Source of the DNA: Candidatus Saccharimonadota bacterium
GTDB taxonomy: Bacteria; Pseudomonadota; Gammaproteobacteria; Enterobacterales; Enterobacteriaceae
Direction of reading: 5' to 3'
Assembly (NCBI GenBank): GCA_049942775.1
Contig: CP188087.1
Location: forward strand, 300,001 to 332,000
Length of the DNA stretch: 32,000 nt
The notes under the pieces are model-generated. The model did not search any database. It saw only the letters and a list, made by a program, of their open reading frames with translations, and was not told where the DNA came from. Both the position numbers and the translations under genes were made by a program. Position 1 is the stretch's first letter. Every line of letters starts with the position of its first letter. Shown in pieces: positions 26,007 through 32,000 of this stretch.

Positions 26007-26977
26007 ATTTGCATTCTTGGCATAAAAAAATTTATTTAGAAATTATTAAACAACATAATAATAAAAGAAACCACCATGCAAGAATGATAATATCTGATCA
26101 AAATTTGGATATTATTAAATTAGTTTGGAATATTGCAAAATGGATTTTATGTTTTAAAAAAAAAAAATGTGAAGTATGTAATAGTTGTTTATTAATGGAT
26201 TCTAACTCTCATCCAGACTGGTATCATGTAAAAAAAGAAATTCCTGAGAACAAAATTGGAATAGATTTTATTAATTCTTTAAAAAGAAGAGTTCTTCTTA
26301 CTTCACAACAAAAAGTTGGTAAAGTCATTTTCTTTCAAAACTCTGAAAATTTAACAGTGTCATCCATCAATTCTTTATTAAAAATAATCGAAGAACCACC
26401 TCCAAATACTTGGTTTTTTTTTGAATATAACAATAATTATTGTATTCCAAAAACTTTAAAAAGCAGATGTTTATTACATTTTTTATCTCCTCCTACTGAA
26501 AAAGAAGGGATTATTTGGTTAAAAGGTCAATCTTTAAAAACAAAAAAAAATAATTATTTAATTTTATTAAGAACTTGTAATAATTCTCCAATCGATTCAA
26601 AAAAATTATTTGAAAGTGTTTTTTGGAAATTACGAATTGAATTTTTCTTTTTATTAAAAGAATTTATAAAAAACGGAATAATAAAATCAATTATTTCAAT
26701 TATTTCCAAACAAGATAATTTTTTATTGATTAATGGCATTTGTTGTTTTTTGCTAGACACAATAAAATACAAACATAATTTAAAAAAAAATTTAGTTAAT
26801 TTAGATCAAATAAAATTAATAAATTTTTTATCTAAAAATTGTACATTCGAACGTTTAAATAAATCATTTAAATCTTGGATAAAATGCTATAATAGAATTG
26901 TTTCTATTACAGGAATAAATCAAGAATTATTAATAGTAGAACAATTTCTTTATTGGAAAAAAATATTAAACCTATAA
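26003..26977 (+). CDS. holB: DNA polymerase III delta' subunit
   Basis: I chose ATG 26003 (MNLHSWHKKIY corresponds to E. coli MRWYPWLRPDF) over ATG 25982. Shows HHARMI and the Zn module CFKKKKCEVCNSC. LLKIIEEPPPNTWFFF corresponds to LLKTLEEPPAETWFFL. The SRC motif is LKSRCLLHFLSPP, and SITGINQELLI is also present. Confidence 0.9.
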   Translation: MNLHSWHKKIYLEIIKQHNNKRNHHARMIISDQNLDIIKLVWNIAKWILCFKKKKCEVCNSCLLMDSNSHPDWYHVKKEIPENKIGIDFINSLKRRVLLTSQQKVGKVIFFQNSENLTVSSINSLLKIIEEPPPNTWFFFEYNNNYCIPKTLKSRCLLHFLSPPTEKEGIIWLKGQSLKTKKNNYLILLRTCNNSPIDSKKLFESVFWKLRIEFFFLLKEFIKNGIIKSIISIISKQDNFLLINGICCFLLDTIKYKHNLKKNLVNLDQIKLINFLSKNCTFERLNKSFKSWIKCYNRIVSITGINQELLIVEQFLYWKKILNL

Positions 26978-27005
26978 ATAAATAAAAATCTAAAGAGTAA
27001 ATTTT

Positions 27006-27787
27006 ATGTATTTAATAGATAGTCATTGTCATTTAGACAAAATAGATTTAAAAAAAACAAAAATGAATCTTGATGAAATACTAAAAAATGCAGTTTTAAA
27101 TAAAGTTCGTTTATTCCTAACTATATCTACTTCTATTAAAAATTTCAAAAAAATATTAAATTCAATAAAAAAAAAAATGTTTTTTATTCTTGTGGAATTC
27201 ATCCATTATATGTTAAAAAAAATAAAAATAATTTTTTAGATTTAGAAAATTTTTCAAATATAAAAAAAGTAATTGCAATAGGAGAAACTGGATTAGATTA
27301 TTTCCATAGTAAAGAAAATATAAAATATCAACAACAATCATTCAGAAAACATATTCAAATAGCCAAAAAAATTAAAAAACCAATAATCGTACATTCAAGA
27401 TCATCCATTCAAGATACCATTAAAATACTAAAAGAAGAAAAAGCAAATGATTGTCGAGGAATACTTCATTCTTTTTCCGAAAAAAATATAATATATGCTA
27501 AAAAATTACTAGATTTAGGATTTTACATATCATTTTCAGGGATAATTACCTTCAATAAAACTGATGAACTAAAAAAAGTTTTAAGTTATATACCCTTTGA
27601 ATCAATTTTAATTGAAACCGATTCACCATATTTATCTCCAGTTCCAAAAAGAGGTAAGGAAAATCAACCATCATATTTACCTTATATAGCAAAACAAGTA
27701 GCCAAAATAAAAAAAATTGATTTTGAAAATCTAGTGAATATCACTAAAAAAAATTTTTATGAATTATTTCCAACAATTAACATATAA
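27006..27787 (+). pseudogene. ycfH: TatD-family metal-dependent hydrolase YcfH, reading frame broken at an A11 tract (27167-27177); possibly rescued by slippage
   Basis: The ORF track shows only 27006-27239 (MYLIDSHCHLD...NSIKKK then out of frame). My translation of the frame from 27176 gives NVFYSCGIHPLYV...IAIGETGLDYFH...KPIIVHSRSS...GILHSFSE...GFYISFSGIITF...ETDSPYLSPVPKRGKENQP...ELFPTINI, stopping at 27785-27787. This part contains no Met, which is why the ORF caller missed it. A12 would join the two frames. Confidence 0.88.
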
Positions 27788-27907
27788 AATACTTTTTTTA
27801 GAAAAATGATTTTTTTTTCATTAAAAAATAAATTTATTTATATTTAATTTTTAATAAAATTCAAAAAAATTTTTTATGCTTTTATTTTACAAAAGAGAAA
27901 AAAATTA

Positions 27908-29341
27908 ATGTTAAAAAATTCATTTTCTAGTCTACAAAAAATAGGGAAATCATTAATGCTACCTGTTTCTGTATTACCTATAGCTGGAATTTTATTAGGA
28001 ATAGGATCAGCGAAATTTTCTTTTATTCCTACAATAATTTCAAATATTATGTACAAATCAGGAACGTCAGTATTTTCTAATATGCCTTTAATATTCTCTA
28101 TTGGGGTGGCTCTAGGATTTACCAAAAACGATGGAGTATCTGCATTAGCAGCTGTTATATCATATGGAATTATGACCAGTACTATATCAACTATATCTCC
28201 ATTAATTATACAAATAAAAAATTCAAATTTTCAACAAGAAAGTTTTTATTACGACACTGGAATTTTTGGAGGTATTCTTTCTGGAACTTTATCTGCATAT
28301 TTGTTTAATAAATTTTATAAAATTCATTTGCCAGAATACTTAGGTTTCTTTTCAGGAAAAAGATTTGTTCCAATTATTTCTGGTTTTTTTTCAATAATCT
28401 TAGGAATTGTGTTATCTTTTTTATGGCCTCCAATTGGATGTTTAATTCAATTATTTTCAGAATGGTCAGCTTATCAAAATCCAATGCTTGCATTTGGAAT
28501 TTATGGATTAATTGAAAGATCTTTAGTTCCATTCGGTTTACATCATATTTGGAATGTACCATTTCAAATGCAAATTGGAAATTACACAAATTCTACTGGA
28601 CAAACCTTTCATGGTGATATTGCAAGATACATGGCTGGAGATCCAACTGCAGGAAAACTTTCTGGTGGATTTTTATTCAAAATGTATGGTCTTCCAGGAG
28701 CTGCTTTAGCTATTTGGAAATCTTCCAGAAAAGAAAATCGATCAAATGTTGCAGGAATAATGGCTTCTGGAGCACTAACAGCATTTTTAACTGGAATTAC
28801 TGAACCAATTGAATTTTCATTTTTATTAGTTTCTCCAATATTATATGCATTACATGCAATTCTATCTGGTTTGGCTTTCACTATATGTATTTTATTTGAC
28901 ATGAGAGCAGGTACTAGTTTTTCTCATGGTCTAATAGATTTTTTAATTTTAAGTGGGAATAGTCATAGAATTTGGTTGTTTCCTATTGTTGGAATAATTT
29001 ATTTATTTATATATTATTATATATTTTATATATTAATAACGAAATTAAATTTAAAAACACCAGGAAGAGAAAAAAACAATTTTCTTCCTCAATCTAACGA
29101 TATAAATCAAATTTCAAAAAGATTAATTATAGCTCTAGGAGGAAAAAAAAATATTGAAAATTTAGATGCTTGTATTACTAGATTAAGAATAACAGTAATG
29201 GACATTAATCAAGTTGATGTAAAAAAAATAAAGAAAACTGGTTCTTCAGGAGTAATTATATCAGGAGTTGGAATACAAATAGTATTTGGAACAAAATCTG
29301 ATCAAATAAAAAATAAAATGGAAAAATATATGAAAAATTAA
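27908..29341 (+). CDS. ptsG: PTS glucose-specific EIICB component
   Basis: 477 aa, as in E. coli. N-terminus [33 protein letters not shown]. Also [10 protein letters not shown], and the IIB domain with the phosphorylatable Cys in [11 protein letters not shown]. Confidence 0.97.
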   Translation: MLKNSFSSLQKIGKSLMLPVSVLPIAGILLGIGSAKFSFIPTIISNIMYKSGTSVFSNMPLIFSIGVALGFTKNDGVSALAAVISYGIMTSTISTISPLIIQIKNSNFQQESFYYDTGIFGGILSGTLSAYLFNKFYKIHLPEYLGFFSGKRFVPIISGFFSIILGIVLSFLWPPIGCLIQLFSEWSAYQNPMLAFGIYGLIERSLVPFGLHHIWNVPFQMQIGNYTNSTGQTFHGDIARYMAGDPTAGKLSGGFLFKMYGLPGAALAIWKSSRKENRSNVAGIMASGALTAFLTGITEPIEFSFLLVSPILYALHAILSGLAFTICILFDMRAGTSFSHGLIDFLILSGNSHRIWLFPIVGIIYLFIYYYIFYILITKLNLKTPGREKNNFLPQSNDINQISKRLIIALGGKKNIENLDACITRLRITVMDINQVDVKKIKKTGSSGVIISGVGIQIVFGTKSDQIKNKMEKYMKN

Positions 29342-29430
29342 TAATAAAGGTTAATTATTAAAAAAAATTACAAAATAAAATTTAAATCGATTTTCAAAAA
29401 TTATTAATTTACATAATATTTTATATAAAA

Positions 29431-29787
29431 ATGAAAGAAAAAATAAATAAAGATAATATATTTGAAAAAATTATTAAAAAAAAAATTAAATCAAAAATTG
29501 TTTATCAAAACAACATTGTGACAGCATTTGAAGATATTAATCCAAAAGCACCAATACACATTTTAGTAGTTCCAAATAAAAAAATAAAAAATATTAATCA
29601 AATTAATATCAATAACAAAAATATAATAACAGAAATGATATTTATTGCTGTAAAAATTGCAAAAAAAAGAAAAATAGAAAAAAATGGTTATCGAATAGTA
29701 ATAAATTGTAATAAAGATGGTGGGCAAGAAATACCATACTTACATATTCATCTTTTAGGAGGAAAAAAATTAGGACCAATCACATAA
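29431..29787 (+). CDS. hinT: HIT-family purine nucleoside phosphoramidase HinT (YcfF)
   Basis: 118 aa. Shows [25 protein letters not shown] and the histidine-triad motif YLHIHLLGG. Confidence 0.9.
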   Translation: MKEKINKDNIFEKIIKKKIKSKIVYQNNIVTAFEDINPKAPIHILVVPNKKIKNINQININNKNIITEMIFIAVKIAKKRKIEKNGYRIVINCNKDGGQEIPYLHIHLLGGKKLGPIT

Positions 29788-29873
29788 TAAGTGAATTAAA
29801 AAATAAAAAACATTTATAAAAATAAATATTTTCTATTTAATTAATTTAAAAATTAAAATAATTAAAAAATTAT

Positions 29874-29970
29874 AAAATTCTCTTCTGATTTTTAAAATTT
29901 CAAAAAATAAATTTAATAAACAAATTTTAAAAAAATATTTTTTATGAAAAATTATTCAGAAGAGAATTTT
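29874..29970. repeat. Perfect 15-bp inverted repeat with 67-nt spacer between convergent hinT and the porin gene
   Basis: AAAATTCTCTTCTGA (29874-29888) is the exact reverse complement of TCAGAAGAGAATTTT (29956-29970). It contains 5 G/C positions within an otherwise almost pure A/T spacer. Confidence 0.8.
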
Positions 29971-30019
29971 TTTAAAATAATGAACTTTAAAAATACAAAA
30001 TTTTTAAAACAAACAAATT

Positions 30020-31159
30020 TTAAAAATTATATCTTAATCCTAATTCTAAAAAATTATTTTTCAAAATTTTTTGTTTATTTTTATATAAACTATTATTTAT
30101 TTTTGATAAATTTATCGTGTAATCAAGATATGAATCTAAATTTTTATTAAAACTATAATTAGTTAATATTTTAAACTTATTATGGTAGCTAAATTTTTCT
30201 TGATTTTGATAAACATTATTTTTATTTAAAACATACAACTCATTTTCTCGTAAATTAGAAAAAGAAACTAATGAACTAATATTTTTATCAAAATTATATC
30301 CAGCTATTAATTGAACTAAGCCATCATTTTTTAAAATTGAATTATAAAAATTGTTAATTATAATGTTCTTATTTGTACCAAGAATAAGCATCATATACGA
30401 TTTTTTAAAATCATATTTCATAGACAATCCACAAGAAGTAGTTAATCTACCTTTTTTATCTTCTATACCAATTTTAGGACGATCTTTTACAAAATAAGAT
30501 AAAACTGAAGAAAATCCTAACTTATTTTTATCGTTATTATAAGCTACTGAACATCCTATACCGTTTAACTCCGTTTTGTTTTTTTTTGTAGGAAGACTAG
30601 AATTTGAAGGATTGCCTCTTAATTCTAAAGAAAAGTTCAAAAATTTAGGAGAAAAATAAGAGTTATTTGTACGATATGTAAAAATGTAGTTTTTGTTATC
30701 TAAAAAAATTTGATGATCTAAATTTATATTATTTTTGTTTAAATTATCCATTTTTAACAAATATAATAAATCGTGCATAACTCCATTATTACGACTGTAT
30801 TCCAACTCTCCAAAAATTTTAGAACGTATTCCAAAATAACCAAAATCAGTTTTTTTAAATTTAGAATTCATGAAAAAAGATTTTAATTCGTTTAAATTAG
30901 AAAAATAATGAATATAACCATAACTAGACAAATCTTTAGTTATTTTTTTTTTAGCGAAAAGATTAACAGAAATATTTTCTTTATCTTTATTTAAACATAC
31001 AAAACATCTTTCTTTGGAATGAGTTACATCTTGATTTTTTTTAATTTGAGCATCGATTTCTAGTTTATCACCTTTATTATCATATAACACTGCAGATTTA
31101 ACAAAATTAAAAGGTAACAATAAAAAAAGAAATAATATTAAAAATTTATAATTCTTCAT
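30020..31159 (-). CDS. ompF: OmpF/OmpC-family general porin (diverged)
   Basis: 379 aa. Signal peptide MKNYKFLILFLFLLLPFNFVKSA. AVLYDNKGDKLEID corresponds to E. coli AEIYNKDGNKVDLY. YGRNNGVMHDLL corresponds to YGRNYGVVYDAL. YSFNKNLDSYLDYTINLSKINN corresponds to [22 protein letters not shown]. The C-terminal ...GLRYNF has the terminal Phe. It is adjacent to asnS, as in E. coli. Confidence 0.85.
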   Translation of the reverse strand: MKNYKFLILFLFLLLPFNFVKSAVLYDNKGDKLEIDAQIKKNQDVTHSKERCFVCLNKDKENISVNLFAKKKITKDLSSYGYIHYFSNLNELKSFFMNSKFKKTDFGYFGIRSKIFGELEYSRNNGVMHDLLYLLKMDNLNKNNINLDHQIFLDNKNYIFTYRTNNSYFSPKFLNFSLELRGNPSNSSLPTKKNKTELNGIGCSVAYNNDKNKLGFSSVLSYFVKDRPKIGIEDKKGRLTTSCGLSMKYDFKKSYMMLILGTNKNIIINNFYNSILKNDGLVQLIAGYNFDKNISSLVSFSNLRENELYVLNKNNVYQNQEKFSYHNKFKILTNYSFNKNLDSYLDYTINLSKINNSLYKNKQKILKNNFLELGLRYNF

Positions 31160-31239
31160 AAGAATATATTATTTTACCGTTATGTTATATTTTAAAAAAA
31201 AATCAACATTTCTATATTTGTTATTCTAAAAAACAATTT

Positions 31240-31284
31240 AAAAAAATAATAAACTATTTTAAGTTAAAACCAATATAGTTTATT
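31240..31284 (-). terminator. Candidate intrinsic terminator after asnS
   Basis: A 10-bp perfect stem, AATAAACTAT (31248-31257) with ATAGTTTATT (31275-31284), and a 17-nt loop. It starts 59 nt after the asnS stop. On the minus strand it is followed directly by ATTTTTTT. The stem has only one G:C pair. Confidence 0.35.
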
Positions 31285-31342
31285 TTATCAAAAAAACAAA
31301 TATTTTTTTTTTAGAAATATTGTTATATCTTTATTTTTTATT

Positions 31343-32000
31343 TTAAAAAAGAGAATTTTTAGCAGTTCTAGGAAAAGGAATTAAATCTCTAACATTAGTA
31401 ATGTTAGTGATATAAGATAAAAATCGCTCAAAACCCATTCCAAAACCAGAATGAGGAACAGTACCATATTTTCTAAGATCTAAATACCAATGATAGTCTT
31501 GAAAAGACATTCCTATTTCTTTCAATCTCAATTTTAGTTTATCAATTCTTTCTTCTCTTTCTGATCCTCCTATTACTTCTCCTACTCCTGGAAGTAATAA
31601 ATCAAAAGAAGCAACAGTTTTTCCATCATTATTTAATTTCATATAAAAAGCTTTTATTTTTTTTGGATGGTTTTTAATAATTATTGGAATATTAGAATAA
31701 TAATTTAAAATATATTTTTCATGTTCAGAAGATAAATCTACTCCAAAATTAATTTTTTCTTTAAATTTTTTAGAAAAATTTAAAATTTCTATTATTTCTG
31801 AATAATCCTTTTTAATAAAATCATTATCTAAAAAATAATTTAATTTAGAAAAAATTTTTTTTTTCGATTTTAATTCTAAAAACTTAATATCTTGATGACA
31901 ATTTTTTAATGTTACATTAATCAATTGTTTTAACATTTTTTCGGAAAATTGAATTATTTGATCTAAATTAAAAAAAGACTGTTCTATTTCCAACATCCAA
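31343..32000 (-). CDS. asnS: Asparaginyl-tRNA synthetase, C-terminal part (the 5' end lies beyond the right edge of the window)
   Basis: Class II motif 3 and the C-terminus read GTVPHSGFGMGFERFLSYITNITNVRDLIPFPRTAKNSLF, versus E. coli [34 protein letters not shown]. The reading frame is open to position 32000, so the ATG at 31996 in the ORF track is internal. Confidence 0.93.
   Translation of the reverse strand, partial: WMLEIEQSFFNLDQIIQFSEKMLKQLINVTLKNCHQDIKFLELKSKKKIFSKLNYFLDNDFIKKDYSEIIEILNFSKKFKEKINFGVDLSSEHEKYILNYYSNIPIIIKNHPKKIKAFYMKLNNDGKTVASFDLLLPGVGEVIGGSEREERIDKLKLRLKEIGMSFQDYHWYLDLRKYGTVPHSGFGMGFERFLSYITNITNVRDLIPFPRTAKNSLF

Noticed and set aside
27240-27873. Apparent ~630-bp ORF-free region, a candidate for an ncRNA or novel element
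   Set aside because: It translates without stops, in the frame entered at the A11 tract, into the conserved C-terminal 200 residues of YcfH/TatD. The ORF caller missed it only because the segment has no Met codon.
27874-28902. Three ORFs (83, 71 and 97 aa) antisense to ptsG
   Set aside because: They are embedded in a full-length, highly conserved ptsG. None has a recognisable motif.
29944-30150. 68-aa ORF (MKNYSEENFF...) in the hinT-porin spacer
   Set aside because: It overlaps the 3' end of the porin gene on the opposite strand, is low-complexity, and has no Shine-Dalgarno. Its start merely coincides with the right arm of the 15-bp inverted repeat. The 'MKNY' resemblance to the porin N-terminus is explicable by AT-rich codons.
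1-32000. CRISPR arrays, IS elements, prophage, toxin-antitoxin or defence systems, and rRNA
   Set aside because: I found no regularly spaced repeats of 20 bp or more. There are no transposase, integrase, Cas or nuclease-helicase-like ORFs. There is no unassigned ORF over about 100 aa on a free strand, and no rRNA-like GC-rich block. The only GC-rich islands are the three tRNAs.

Overview
The window is extremely AT-rich (roughly four-fifths A+T by eye, not computed) and very gene-dense. It has about 37 protein genes and 3 tRNAs, with no rRNA, CRISPR, IS/transposon, integrase or phage genes. Gene content and order fit a highly reduced gamma-proteobacterial insect endosymbiont, most consistent with Buchnera aphidicola. 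That identification rests on recognition from memory and cannot be proven without a database search.

The genes fall into blocks that are each colinear with E. coli:
- pykA | zwf-htpX-cspC-yoaE-tsaB
- minEDC
- rsmC
- leuZ-cysT and serT tRNAs
- flgA | flgBCDEFGHIJK
- rne | rluC-rpmF-fabD-fabG-acpP-tmk-holB-ycfH-ptsG-hinT
- ompF-like porin-asnS

I find no evidence for a previously undescribed multi-gene system. Every sense-strand ORF over about 100 aa is a recognisable housekeeping or flagellar ortholog, and no unexplained spacer exceeds about 410 bp.

The observations worth a second look all reflect genome reduction:
1. fabD and the TatD-family ycfH are each broken exactly at a poly(A) tract (A10 and A11). 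One extra A restores full-length, otherwise intact proteins. At least seven more A12-A14 tracts sit in frame in other genes.
2. rne is cut down to a 418-aa catalytic core that ends just after the Zn-link.
3. The flagellar cluster encodes rod, rings, hook and FlgK only. flgM, flgN and flgL are absent, FlgJ lacks its muramidase domain, and the FlgK termini are degenerate.
4. A perfect 15-bp inverted repeat lies at the hinT/porin synteny breakpoint.
5. None of the three tRNA genes encodes CCA.

The supplied ORF track missed three things: the partial pykA at the left edge, the Met-free second half of ycfH, and the tRNAs. Several of its start codons are 5'-extended.
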